Source: Bacteroidota bacterium (GTDB lineage: Bacteria > Bacteroidota > Bacteroidia > Bacteroidales > JACABE01). Taken from it: a DNA stretch of 64,000 nt. The notes under the pieces are model-generated. The model ran no database searches and was not told the origin of the DNA. It worked only from the letters and a program-made list of their open reading frames with translations. The translations under genes were made by a program, and so were the position numbers. The stretch lies in assembly GCA_026391675.1 (NCBI GenBank), contig JAPLDQ010000036.1, forward strand, positions 32,291 to 96,290, in the 5' to 3' direction. This document shows positions 48,133 through 58,021 of this stretch, piece by piece. The number at the start of each line of letters is the position of its first letter. Position 1 is the stretch's first letter.

Positions 48133-48648
48133 TTATTTTAAACCTAGTTTTTTCTTCACCAATGGTAAAATATCATCACTTGCATCCTGATATAATAAAC
48201 TGCCAACTCCGCTATCGAAAATATATGTATATTTATTTTCGGCAGCTACATCTTCAATTGCTTTTTTAGCTTTATCAATAATAGGTGTTAATAATTTTTT
48301 CTCTCTGTCCTGATAATCTTTTTGTGCGTTATCCTGAAATTCTTCTATTCTGGCCTGCATGTCCTGCAATTCTTTCGTTTTGCTTTGTTTAATTAATTCT
48401 GACATCTGGCCCTGGTTCGACATAAAATCCTGATATTTTGTTTCGAGCTCACTTTTCATTCCTTTAAGTGTTTTTTCAAGGTCTTTTACATGTTTTTCTA
48501 AAATTGACTGAGCTGAATCACGACCGGGCATAATTTTTAATAAATCATTAGAATTAATATGTCCTAATTTAATCGCTTTTTGAGCATTAGAAAACAAAGG
48601 CATACAAAATATACCAAGGATAACAAAGATTTTTAATACGTTTCTCAT
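48133..48648 (-). CDS. OmpH/Skp periplasmic chaperone
   Basis: KLGHINS..MP, coiled coil, YTYIFD..DILPLVKKKLG; TACCTTTG box at 48681-88. Confidence 0.88.
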   Translation of the reverse strand: MRNVLKIFVILGIFCMPLFSNAQKAIKLGHINSNDLLKIMPGRDSAQSILEKHVKDLEKTLKGMKSELETKYQDFMSNQGQMSELIKQSKTKELQDMQARIEEFQDNAQKDYQDREKKLLTPIIDKAKKAIEDVAAENKYTYIFDSGVGSLLYQDASDDILPLVKKKLGLK

Positions 48649-48743
48649 TTTTTTATTTTATTTGTTTATTTTTAAGTTTGCAAAGGTATAAAAATTAATA
48701 ATTTAAAGAAATTTATCTATTCAAAAATGATTAATTCTATTTA

Positions 48744-49376
48744 TTATTTAGGTTTCTGTACCGGGGTCCGAGGACTTGAATTTGGTTGTGCTGGTCTGGT
48801 ATTCGTGTTCTGATTCTGATTAGTATTTGTATTAGTGTTTGTATTAGTAACTTTAGGTGCTTTGTTAAGCTTATAGCCTAAATCATTTAATATATCATCG
48901 CTAATATCATATTTTGAATCAGCATACATAATAGTTAAGCTGCCGGCTTTATCAAATACGAATATATAATTTTTTTCCTGTGCTCTTTTTTCAATGGCAT
49001 TATATACTTTATCCTGTATTGGTTTAACTAAATCCTGTCGTTTTTTATACAAATCACCATCCTTGCCAAATCTTTTTTTCTGCAGATCCTTGGCATCTTT
49101 CTCTGCTGCTATTATTTCGTTTTCGCGTTTTTTCTTTATTTCTTCAGGTAAGAGAACGGATTCTGCCTGAAATGATTTATATAGATTATCAATTTCCTTG
49201 AATTTTTGTTCAATTTCTTTCTGCCATTGTTTGGATAAACCATCAATTTCTGCTTGAGCATCTTTATATTCAGGAATATTATCCATTATATATTCTGAAT
49301 CGATATAGGCGTATTTTTGAGAAAAACCAAAGCTGGTAATTAATAATAAACTTATACTTAAAACTAATTTTTTCAT
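48744..49376 (-). CDS. OmpH/Skp periplasmic chaperone with TN-repeat tail
   Basis: YAYIDSEYI..IPEY, FGKDGDL..PIQDKVYNAI and DISDDIL; downstream of bamA. Confidence 0.88.
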   Translation of the reverse strand: MKKLVLSISLLLITSFGFSQKYAYIDSEYIMDNIPEYKDAQAEIDGLSKQWQKEIEQKFKEIDNLYKSFQAESVLLPEEIKKKRENEIIAAEKDAKDLQKKRFGKDGDLYKKRQDLVKPIQDKVYNAIEKRAQEKNYIFVFDKAGSLTIMYADSKYDISDDILNDLGYKLNKAPKVTNTNTNTNTNQNQNTNTRPAQPNSSPRTPVQKPK

Positions 49377-49450
49377 GATATGTGAAATTTTATGATGTAT
49401 GAACTAATTTTTTGCAAAAAATGTGCCAAAAATTTGTAATTCAATTTATT

Positions 49451-51952
49451 TTAGTCAATGGATTGATTAATAGAGAAATGGAATTGTCCGCCGGCTGCAT
49501 CCGGTAAACCGGGAACCTTATCAAAACCATATCCCCAATCTAAACCAAGCATCCCAAACATGGGCAAGAAAATTCTGATTCCAAATCCTGCCGATTTATA
49601 CATATTAAAGGGGTTAAATTGTTTAAATGCAGCCCAGGCATTTCCACCTTCAAGAAAAGTTAACCCATATATTGTTGCATTAGGGTTGAGTGAAAGCGGA
49701 TAACGTAACTCTACAGTATATTTATCAAATACATTTCCACCAATAGGATAACCTCTTCTGTCAAGTGGTGTTAAGGTATTGTTACCGTATCCTCTTAAAG
49801 CAACCAATTCTCTTCCGTCAACTGAATAACCAGAAAGTCCGTCACCGCCAAGGTAAAATCTTTCAAATGGAGGATAACCAACATCTTTATTATAATAGCC
49901 AACGAAACCAAATTTCGCTTTGGTATTTAATACCCATTTCCCTGTTAAATTAAAGAACCAGGATGCTTTAAATTTCCATTTATGATATTCTAAAAATTTA
50001 TACCTTTCCTGATCGGTCTGATGTGCAAAATCTCTGTTCTGAAACAATGAATAAGGCGGTGTTAACTGCATTGTAAGCGATATTTCGGAACCACTACGTG
50101 CATAAATTGGTGCATCAATAGAATTACGGGCTATCGTTAAGCTATAATTCAGATTATTAGCATAACCATCGCTAAAAGAAAATAATGAACCATAATTTTT
50201 CAACGTATAGTTTTGTAAACTGATAGCATGATAAATGGTGAAAAAATCATCGGGCCATTTTACTCTTTTACCCAGTCCTAAGGTAAATCCATTAATGGAA
50301 AGAGAAGCATAACCGCTGTTATCAGAAGCTAATCCGTTGGTTTGTTTTGAATGATATACCGATACACTGAATGCATTTGGTTTTTTGCCCCCTAACCATG
50401 GCTCGGTAAATGATGCGCTAACAGAGTAATAATACTGTCCGTTGGTCTGTCCTCTTAAGCTGAGCTTTTGTCCGTCACCTGCAGGTAAAGGACGCCATGC
50501 CTTGCCATTAAATAAGTTTTTTGCTGAAAAGTTGTTAAACGACAGTCCAAGTGTTCCAACAACCATACCGCCTCCCCAACCTCCGGAGAGTTCAACCTGA
50601 TCCGAAGAAGTTTCTTCAACCTGATATTCAATATCAACAGTTCCGTTTTCAGGATTTGGAGTAGGAACCGGTTTTAAGGTTTCTGCATTGAAATAACGTA
50701 ATTGAGCCAGTTCACGAGTGGTTCTGATAATATCAGCACGACTGAACATCTGACCGGGAATAGTCTTAATTTCCCTTATTATTACATGGTCATTTGTTTT
50801 GGTATTACCTTTAACTGTTACTTTATTGATACGAGCCTGTTTCCCTTCGCGGATTCTTATTTCAATATCAATAGAATCGTTGTTTACCTGAACTTCTACA
50901 GGAATTGCCTGAAAGAAAAGGTATCCGTCATCCATATATAAAGAACTGATATCATATCCGCTGGGATTAAAAGATAAATTCTTGGTTAATGTGGTTTGAT
51001 TGTAAATATCACCTTTACGGATTTTTAATATATCACCCAATTGCTTTGATGTATATTTGGTGTTTCCAACAAATGAAATATTATTAAAATAATATTTTTT
51101 TCCTTCATATACCCATACATCAACATTAATAAGCTTATTATTTATCCTGGAAACAGAATCTTTAACAATTTTAGCATCACGATAACCTAATTCGTTATAT
51201 TTTTCGATTACTTTTTCTAAATCGGCTTTATAATCTTCTTCTATGAATTTGGATGATTTAAAGATATGAAAGATTCTTTTTTGTTTGGTCTCTTTCATAG
51301 CCCGTCTAATCTTACCATCGCTTATATTTTGATTATCATGAATATTGATATCGGCTATTTTTACTCTTTTATTCTTTTGAATGCTGATATAAAGCATCAC
51401 GCTATTGCTGATAGCAGTATCCGGAATTTGTTTTATATCTGCAGTTGCGTTTAAATATCCTTTTTTATCAAAATATTTAACTATTGCGTTTTTTGTCCGT
51501 GTTACTACATTTTCTGTAACTACATCACCGCTTGACAGTTTGATTTCCTCTCTTATTTTATCTGCTTCACCTTTTCTGACACCGATAAATTTAAATTTTG
51601 ATAGTCGTGGTCTTTCCTGTAAAAAAATATCCAGAAAAATTGTATGTCCCTGAATTTTAGTTGCTGTAATTTTAATATTTTCAAATAAGCCCTGTTCCCA
51701 GAGTTTATCAATAGCTCCGGAAATTTTGTCTCCCGGTATAGTAATTTTATCACCAACAGCAAGACCGGAAATCATAATTAACATGTTGTTATCTAAAAAC
51801 TGAACCCCTGTTACAGTTATGCCTCCAATTTCATATTCTTTAGGCGTATTATAGTCTATATCGGAAAGATCGCTGCCTAATGATACCTGAGCATTGCTAA
51901 AGGAAGTAAAGAAAATACAAAATAATAGAAGTAAAAAAAATCTGAATTTCAT
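49451..51952 (-). CDS. bamA: Outer membrane protein assembly factor BamA
   Basis: Five POTRA-like repeats, GNTKTNDHVI, FTEPW, LRGY, GMLGLDWGYGFD and terminal FHFSI. Confidence 0.93.
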   Translation of the reverse strand: MKFRFFLLLLFCIFFTSFSNAQVSLGSDLSDIDYNTPKEYEIGGITVTGVQFLDNNMLIMISGLAVGDKITIPGDKISGAIDKLWEQGLFENIKITATKIQGHTIFLDIFLQERPRLSKFKFIGVRKGEADKIREEIKLSSGDVVTENVVTRTKNAIVKYFDKKGYLNATADIKQIPDTAISNSVMLYISIQKNKRVKIADINIHDNQNISDGKIRRAMKETKQKRIFHIFKSSKFIEEDYKADLEKVIEKYNELGYRDAKIVKDSVSRINNKLINVDVWVYEGKKYYFNNISFVGNTKYTSKQLGDILKIRKGDIYNQTTLTKNLSFNPSGYDISSLYMDDGYLFFQAIPVEVQVNNDSIDIEIRIREGKQARINKVTVKGNTKTNDHVIIREIKTIPGQMFSRADIIRTTRELAQLRYFNAETLKPVPTPNPENGTVDIEYQVEETSSDQVELSGGWGGGMVVGTLGLSFNNFSAKNLFNGKAWRPLPAGDGQKLSLRGQTNGQYYYSVSASFTEPWLGGKKPNAFSVSVYHSKQTNGLASDNSGYASLSINGFTLGLGKRVKWPDDFFTIYHAISLQNYTLKNYGSLFSFSDGYANNLNYSLTIARNSIDAPIYARSGSEISLTMQLTPPYSLFQNRDFAHQTDQERYKFLEYHKWKFKASWFFNLTGKWVLNTKAKFGFVGYYNKDVGYPPFERFYLGGDGLSGYSVDGRELVALRGYGNNTLTPLDRRGYPIGGNVFDKYTVELRYPLSLNPNATIYGLTFLEGGNAWAAFKQFNPFNMYKSAGFGIRIFLPMFGMLGLDWGYGFDKVPGLPDAAGGQFHFSINQSID

Positions 51953-51955
51953 CCG

Positions 51956-52708
51956 TTAAAAGTTTAATAGTTGTTCACTTGTCATGCCGAATCGTCTTTC
52001 TCTGTTTTGATAGTCTAAAATAGCTTCATATAAGTTTTCTTTGCGAAAGTCGGGCCATAAAACAGGAGTAAAATAGAGCTCTGTATAAGCAATTTGCCAT
52101 AATAAAAAATTACTAACCCTGAATTCACCACTTGTTCTTATTAAAAGTTCAGGGTCAGGATATGCAGCAGTATTAAGAAAGGAAGTAATGGTATCCTGAT
52201 TAATTTCTTCTGCTTTTAATTCATTATTTTTTATTTTAACGGCAATTTGTTGAACAGCATTTGTAATTTCCCATTTTGAGCTATAGCTTAATGCAAGTAT
52301 CAATGTCATTCTTGAGTTGGAAGAAGTATTTTCGATTGCTTTTTGAAGTTCATTATATGTTTGTTGTTCCAGGCTTTGTAAATCGCCTATTGCTTGTAAC
52401 TTTATATTGTTTTCGTTAAGTGTTTTGGTTTCATGGTTAATGGTTCTAACCAAAAGACTCATTAAAGCATCTACTTCTGATTTTGGGCGGTTCCAGTTTT
52501 CAGAAGAGAAAGCATAAAGCGTAAGGTATTTGATGCCTATTTCAACAGCGGCTTCAACGGTATCTTTTACAGATATCACGCCACTTTCGTGACCAAAAGT
52601 ACGGTCATGCTGGCGTTGTTTAGCCCATCTGCCATTACCATCCATTATAATGGCAATATGATTAGGTATTTTATTTTTATCTAATTTATCTTTCAAATTC
52701 ATAATCAT
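51956..52708 (-). CDS. uppS: Isoprenyl transferase (undecaprenyl diphosphate synthase)
   Basis: HIAIIMDGNGRWA, YAFSSENWNRP, IRTSGEFRVSNFLLWQ and RERRFG. Confidence 0.96.
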   Translation of the reverse strand: MIMNLKDKLDKNKIPNHIAIIMDGNGRWAKQRQHDRTFGHESGVISVKDTVEAAVEIGIKYLTLYAFSSENWNRPKSEVDALMSLLVRTINHETKTLNENNIKLQAIGDLQSLEQQTYNELQKAIENTSSNSRMTLILALSYSSKWEITNAVQQIAVKIKNNELKAEEINQDTITSFLNTAAYPDPELLIRTSGEFRVSNFLLWQIAYTELYFTPVLWPDFRKENLYEAILDYQNRERRFGMTSEQLLNF

Positions 52709-52740
52709 ATATTCAACTAAGAATACTTGATTTTATTATT

Positions 52741-53607
52741 TTAGTAGTAAATATTTTCTTTGTAATTAAAACCTTTATCAAAACAACTTGGTTTGGTTTT
52801 TGCACCTAATTTAAAAGTGATAGTAAATCCTGCAAATGAGTACCAGTCATTGTTTTCGGAATTACCTCTTTGTGTGTTTTCTAAATGGGCCGGATATGCA
52901 TATCCTGTTTGAGGATTAATCAGTACGGTTGTTTTATCGGCTAAAAATGCTGCAATCTTACCTTTTTCGGCAGCCAAAACAATATTGTCAACATAAGTTG
53001 TACTTACGTCATCAATATAATCAGTAAATGTTTTTCGCATTCCCCATTCCAATCCAATGCAAATTGTTTTTGAGATACTTAATTTTAACCCGACGCCGAA
53101 AGGAACTGCCATTTGTGTGAGGCTATAAGGTTTTCTGGTAGGATAACTTATTGTTCCCTGTCCTTCTGTTCCCAATGGTTGTAAGTCCTGCCATTTCCCA
53201 TCAATATCTTTTGCCTGAGGGTTGAAAAAGAATACCCCTACTCCTCCGAATATGTAAGGTGTAAACCGATGTGCTTTACTACCGGTAAAGTATTCAAAGA
53301 AATTCAGTTCAATTTGTGTTGAAAATTCAAAAACATTGGTTCTGAAACTTAAATTTCTGGGATTGCTATAATCTGCATCATCACCTTCAAGAATTCCATA
53401 AATCGCATTTACTCTGAATGCCCAGTGTGGATTTAAATTATAACGGTAAATTAAACCGGCAGCTAAATTAGGGCTACCGAATTGGTTGGAAGGATTAAGA
53501 TCTCCTAAATAGTAGGATGTTCCAGCGAAACCTCCAAGTTCAGATCTTTGAGCATAACTACCTAATGAAATTAGTATTCCACAAATGATGATGATAATTT
53601 TTTTCAT
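52741..53607 (-). CDS. DUF6089 family outer membrane beta-barrel protein
   Basis: ELG.F.G.SYYLGDL, RNLSF, LGTEGQG, RKTFTDYIDDVS and RGN..NDWY; usual position between nadK and uppS. Confidence 0.78.
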   Translation of the reverse strand: MKKIIIIICGILISLGSYAQRSELGGFAGTSYYLGDLNPSNQFGSPNLAAGLIYRYNLNPHWAFRVNAIYGILEGDDADYSNPRNLSFRTNVFEFSTQIELNFFEYFTGSKAHRFTPYIFGGVGVFFFNPQAKDIDGKWQDLQPLGTEGQGTISYPTRKPYSLTQMAVPFGVGLKLSISKTICIGLEWGMRKTFTDYIDDVSTTYVDNIVLAAEKGKIAAFLADKTTVLINPQTGYAYPAHLENTQRGNSENNDWYSFAGFTITFKLGAKTKPSCFDKGFNYKENIYY

Positions 53608-53870
53608 TTCTTTTTACATTTTTTAATTGAAAAAGGCTGTGAAACAGTAATTTAAAAAATTATCTCTGTTTCAAAATTGGTTTTATCACAAGTCAGCAAA
53701 AGTAAGTTTTTTTTCAGTTTAAAACAATATTATTGAATGAATTAATCATAAAGCATTGAGTATTTAACATTTATTATGTATTATTACTTTTAGATTTTTG
53801 TTGAAAAAGTATACTTTTTTTATTAAAAATTCAATAAATTAAGACATTACAAGCATTAACGCAAAAAAAA

Positions 53871-54749
53871 CTAATTTCTTGCATCGCTTCCCCATAATAG
53901 TTTTTGCTGAATAGTGGAGAAAAAACTCTGATTGTTCATTTTCACCAGATTGATGTGGAATTTTTCCTTTTTAACAATTAATTCAGTGGAAGCCGGTATA
54001 CTGATATTACGCGAGTCAAGACTGACAAAATAATCGCTTTCGCGGGATTCAACATTAATTTTAATTATACTGTTATCAGGAATAACAATAGGACGAACGG
54101 TAAGATTATGGGTTGAAATAGGTGTAATGATAAAATTTTCAGAATCAGGTGTAATAATAGGACCACCACAGCTTAATGAATAGGCTGTTGAACCTGTAGG
54201 TGTCGCTATTATTAAACCATCTGCCCAATATGCATTTAAAAATTCATTGTTTACAAATACTTTGATGGTAAGCATAGAATTTGGATTTTGCTTATAAACA
54301 GTCATTTCATTTAAAGCATAATTGAGTTCTCCAAATAAATTATTGCTGGTTTCAACTTTAACCAATGTACGTTTGTCTAAACTGTAATTTCCTTCGAGTA
54401 TGGCATTAATGGCAGGAATAATCATGTCTTTATGGATACTTGCCAAAAAACCAAGCCTGCCCAGGTTAAGACCCAAAATGGGAACACCTGAATCACGTAC
54501 CAGCGTTATGGTATCAAGTATAGTGCCATCACCGCCTACAGATAACAGGAAATCAACCTGATGCTGTATTTCCTTATAGGTTGAAAATACAGCTATTTTA
54601 TTATTTAATGCTATCTGTTTTTCAATATTTTTAAAAAATGCATCATAAATAATGAGGGAAATACCTGCGTTTTCCAATTTATCCAACAATAATTTCATAT
54701 ATTCTATACCATCATTGTTGATACTTTTCCCAAATAACGCTATTTTCAT
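53871..54749 (-). CDS. nadK: NAD kinase
   Basis: GGDGT, GRLGFL, ALNE and DGLIIATPTGSTAYSLSCGGP. Confidence 0.95.
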   Translation of the reverse strand: MKIALFGKSINNDGIEYMKLLLDKLENAGISLIIYDAFFKNIEKQIALNNKIAVFSTYKEIQHQVDFLLSVGGDGTILDTITLVRDSGVPILGLNLGRLGFLASIHKDMIIPAINAILEGNYSLDKRTLVKVETSNNLFGELNYALNEMTVYKQNPNSMLTIKVFVNNEFLNAYWADGLIIATPTGSTAYSLSCGGPIITPDSENFIITPISTHNLTVRPIVIPDNSIIKINVESRESDYFVSLDSRNISIPASTELIVKKEKFHINLVKMNNQSFFSTIQQKLLWGSDARN

Positions 54750-54788
54750 ATGTTATTATTTTTATTTTTTAAATTGTCACATAGCTTG

Positions 54789-54804
54789 TCCCGATTTATC
54801 GGGA
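54789..54804. repeat. Short GC-rich palindrome (REP-like)
   Basis: TCCCGAT-TT-ATCGGGA in an AT-rich intergenic. Confidence 0.4.
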
Positions 54805-54903
54805 GAATACGCCATATAACATCATTCTCGGTTTCTATGAATATCATTCTTATGGCTATTTCATATTATCAGTAATATATTGTAAATTTTAAAATTGTCT
54901 AGT

Positions 54904-56289
54904 TTAAATAGATGTCATAAAACTAATAAAAATTCCACTTTCCCCTTTTTTATTTATCGAATATTCAAGTCTTAATACTTTATCGTAATACGTTACAAAA
55001 TCAAGACCAAGACCAGTTCCGATAAGCAAGCTGTTGGTTAATGAATTATAAACATCATTATTTTTATTATAAACATAAGCTGCATCAGCAAACAAATTTA
55101 CATAAAATGCATAGGGAATGGTGTTAAATTTTTCGGTTTTGATTATATTTATTTTCGAAACCCTTTGTGGAATTATGTTATATTTCAGATTGGTTTTCAA
55201 CAATCCGAAACCTTGTCCGCTGATGACATAATATTCATATCCTCTCACATAATCGCGGCCAAAGCCAAGACCGTTCTGTATGTAATAAGGATAGTCTGGT
55301 GTTACACAGGCTGTAAATCCAATGGCTTCATAAAAGTGTTCCGTCGATTTCCAGAATTTACGAAAAGTGGATTTTAAACTAAAAAAATCTGTTGTTTCAT
55401 CCTTTAATAACATAAATCCTGATTTGCTGATTTCTATATCAAAATAATGCCCCTGTAGAGGATAAGGTTTGTAATCGCGGTAATCGTTTTTGAATTGATA
55501 GTAAAAAGAGAGATAACGCTCATTTAGCGTATTATTTGTTGAATATCCGGTATTTAATTTTATCAGGGTATCGGCAAAACTAAAACTATTGTATGCAAAC
55601 TGCAACAGGTGTGAATTATGGATATTCCGCCTGTAGGTAATTCCTGCATTATAACTATAATTTTGTTTAGCATAATTTTTATTGTCCTTATAAAACTCAA
55701 TTTTATTATTAATAGTGTTAACGGCAACTTCATGGTTTCTTATATAATCTGTCCGAAAAACAAGGCCGAGTGTTTGTTTCTTATTAATATAAGGAATCTG
55801 GTATGCTATCCCATATTTTTCGTCATAACCCAGGCTAAATATAAATTCCAGTTTTTCGTTTCTCCCTCTGAAATTATATACTGTAAGATCTACACCATAA
55901 TTTACCCTTCGGAAATCTTTACTTTGCCACCAGGTATTAAAATTACGGTCGGCTATGTCAAATTGCGGAATAGGCCAGATATACCAGCGTTCGGTAACTT
56001 TAATATTTACAATTGCTATGGAATCATGAACTTCCGGGCTAATGGTTACAAAATTAAAAACCGAAATATTCATCAGATTCTCAGCACTTTTTTTAATAAT
56101 ATTATCTAAGTCTGCCAAAGCAATGCTATCACCTGTTTTAAAAAGCAATTCCCTTAAAATAATATTGTCTTTAGTGATTTTATTACCGGATATACTGATT
56201 TTACTAATCAGCATTAAACTGTCTGAATTTGAATATCCATTACAAGCTAATGAGGTAACAAAAGAAACAATGAATAAAAATTTACGCAT
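54904..56289 (-). CDS. Omp85/TamA-like protein with a single POTRA domain
   Basis: GNKITKDNIILREL, ERWYIWP, NFRGRNE, VRGYEYY and G.GLDFVTYYD. Confidence 0.78.
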   Translation of the reverse strand: MRKFLFIVSFVTSLACNGYSNSDSLMLISKISISGNKITKDNIILRELLFKTGDSIALADLDNIIKKSAENLMNISVFNFVTISPEVHDSIAIVNIKVTERWYIWPIPQFDIADRNFNTWWQSKDFRRVNYGVDLTVYNFRGRNEKLEFIFSLGYDEKYGIAYQIPYINKKQTLGLVFRTDYIRNHEVAVNTINNKIEFYKDNKNYAKQNYSYNAGITYRRNIHNSHLLQFAYNSFSFADTLIKLNTGYSTNNTLNERYLSFYYQFKNDYRDYKPYPLQGHYFDIEISKSGFMLLKDETTDFFSLKSTFRKFWKSTEHFYEAIGFTACVTPDYPYYIQNGLGFGRDYVRGYEYYVISGQGFGLLKTNLKYNIIPQRVSKINIIKTEKFNTIPYAFYVNLFADAAYVYNKNNDVYNSLTNSLLIGTGLGLDFVTYYDKVLRLEYSINKKGESGIFISFMTSI

Positions 56290-56303
56290 TTAATAGTTCT
56301 TTA

Positions 56304-56966
56304 CTAAATACTAAGGTATTTCATAAGGGCATCATATCTGTCCTGAAGGTCATCATTGATTTCCTGTTCGGCAAATATTGTTCTTACACTGTAATTGTAA
56401 CGGTTAAACGTTTGCAGCAAAGGGGAAATATCCATTCTGTTCAATTTAATGTATACTTCCATCAGAGAAGTCTCTTGTTTTGAAGTAATGTAAAGACTGA
56501 GTATTTTTGTGTCGTTGGATTCCACAATCTGGGCTATTTCTGATAATGAATAATCTTTGGCATTGATATCGAGCACAATGATAGCTCCGGGAGCTTCAAT
56601 AGCGGTGGTTTCAGCTAATTTTTCCACCAGTTTACGCAAGCTTATTACACCAAGATAGTTGTTTTTATTATCAAGTACAGGAATGAGCGATAATTTTAAA
56701 GAAGCAGCCAGTTTGAAAACCTCAAATATATGCTGATTTTCGTTAACAAAAGGATTGTTTAATGATAACTGGTGGTTACCCAATGGTTCGTCAAAAATAT
56801 TTGAAGTATAAATATCTTCTTCAGAAATAAGGCCTAAAAAGCTATCATTATTAGCAATAGGAAAATGATTTACCTTATATTCATCCATCCAGGTAAGCGC
56901 CAGTGTACCTGTATCTGATGTTTTGGCAGGTATTATAGTATCGTCTATCAGGTCTTTGGCAAGCAT
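56304..56966 (-). CDS. CBS domain protein
   Basis: CBS pair plus C-terminal ACT-like YSLSEIAQIVESND..TFNRYNY; TACTTTTG box at 57037-44. Confidence 0.85.
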   Translation of the reverse strand: MLAKDLIDDTIIPAKTSDTGTLALTWMDEYKVNHFPIANNDSFLGLISEEDIYTSNIFDEPLGNHQLSLNNPFVNENQHIFEVFKLAASLKLSLIPVLDNKNNYLGVISLRKLVEKLAETTAIEAPGAIIVLDINAKDYSLSEIAQIVESNDTKILSLYITSKQETSLMEVYIKLNRMDISPLLQTFNRYNYSVRTIFAEQEINDDLQDRYDALMKYLSI

Positions 56967-56970
56967 AGCG

Positions 56971-57009
56971 TAGTTTATAAAGTTAGAAAGTATGTAAAGT
57001 TTATAAAGA
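56971..57009 (+). repeat. 9-bp-period tandem array (TAGTTTATAAAGT family)
   Basis: tagtttataa-agttagaa-agtatgtaa-agtttataa-aga; reverse complement of the array type at 36605 and 13796. Confidence 0.45.
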
Positions 57010-57167
57010 TATTAATTTTTTTATTCGTTCTATCAGCAAAAGTAATGAAAAAACATTTTTAAAGTAAAAAAGTTGAATGAATTGTGAATTTTACTTTCTT
57101 ACTATTTTTATTCCTTTTTCCAAAAAAATCATGTAGGTTTGCAAAATAAAATTATTATAAATAACGT

Positions 57168-57710
57168 ATGGATTATATGAACAGTATCCTGGAAATATTA
57201 AAATATATTTTACCTTCAATCGTCGTTTTTTTAACAGCTTATTATTTATTAAAGCAATTTCTGGAAAGTGAACACAAAAAGCGAATGCTTGAATTGAAAA
57301 TGAAAAGTCAGAGCAACAATCAGGGCTTTATTACACCGATTCGCCTGCAGGCTTATGAAAGAATTGTTCTTTTTATGGAACGCATCTCGCCGGGTAGTTT
57401 GATTCTCAGGGTTAGTGAACCTAATATGAATGCCATACAGATGCAAACTGCACTGATTAAGGATATTAGAGATGAATACGAACATAATTTATCCCAGCAA
57501 ATTTATATATCTCAACGTTCGTGGGAGTTGGTTAAGAATGCCAAGGATGAAATGATTCAATTAATCAGTAATGCAGCCGTTAAGGTAGATAAGAATGCCA
57601 ATTGTACAGAATTAGCAAAAGAAATTTTTGGATTAATTTCCAATTTAGAAAAACTTCCTGTTGATTTTGCAATTGATTATGTTAAAACTGAAATTCAGAC
57701 ACAGTTTTAA
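57168..57710 (+). CDS. Conserved hypothetical membrane-anchored protein
   Basis: N-terminal TM helix; PIRLQAYER..ERISP..EYEHNLSQQIY; TAGGTTTG box at 57134-41. Confidence 0.78.
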   Translation: MDYMNSILEILKYILPSIVVFLTAYYLLKQFLESEHKKRMLELKMKSQSNNQGFITPIRLQAYERIVLFMERISPGSLILRVSEPNMNAIQMQTALIKDIRDEYEHNLSQQIYISQRSWELVKNAKDEMIQLISNAAVKVDKNANCTELAKEIFGLISNLEKLPVDFAIDYVKTEIQTQF

Positions 57711-58003
57711 CGCAAATTAAATTCTTTTAAAACACTCACTCTTTTCAAAATAGATTTCTGATGCTGCTCTTCAGAAATATCTGGATCTTTTGTGTTATAA
57801 TATAAATCGCACGGTAAATCTTTACATTTACCACAATTGCTGATATTTTTATTGTTAACGGAACAATCGTACATAGGACAAATTCCGTTTCCGGTAAAAT
57901 CAGCAGACCAGAAAACTTTACCTTTTAAATTTTTACAACCTTCACAACCACTTTTGTAAAAAGGGCAATTATCGCAATTAATACCGCAAGGAGAAACTAA
58001 CAT
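57707..58003 (-). CDS. DUF3795 Cys-rich protein
   Basis: PCGINCDNC..CEGC..CPMYDC..CGKC..PC. Confidence 0.78.
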   Translation of the reverse strand: MLVSPCGINCDNCPFYKSGCEGCKNLKGKVFWSADFTGNGICPMYDCSVNNKNISNCGKCKDLPCDLYYNTKDPDISEEQHQKSILKRVSVLKEFNLR

Positions 58004-58021
58004 AATATATTGAGATTTAAG

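Noticed and set aside
48795-48850. TN/QN-coding repeat as a contingency locus
   Set aside because: Codons are degenerate, so this is a disordered protein tail rather than a slippage tract
55618-56109. 163-aa antisense ORF and the many other 60-145-aa nested ORFs in the track
   Set aside because: All lie within well-supported genes in another frame or strand and show no recognisable motifs
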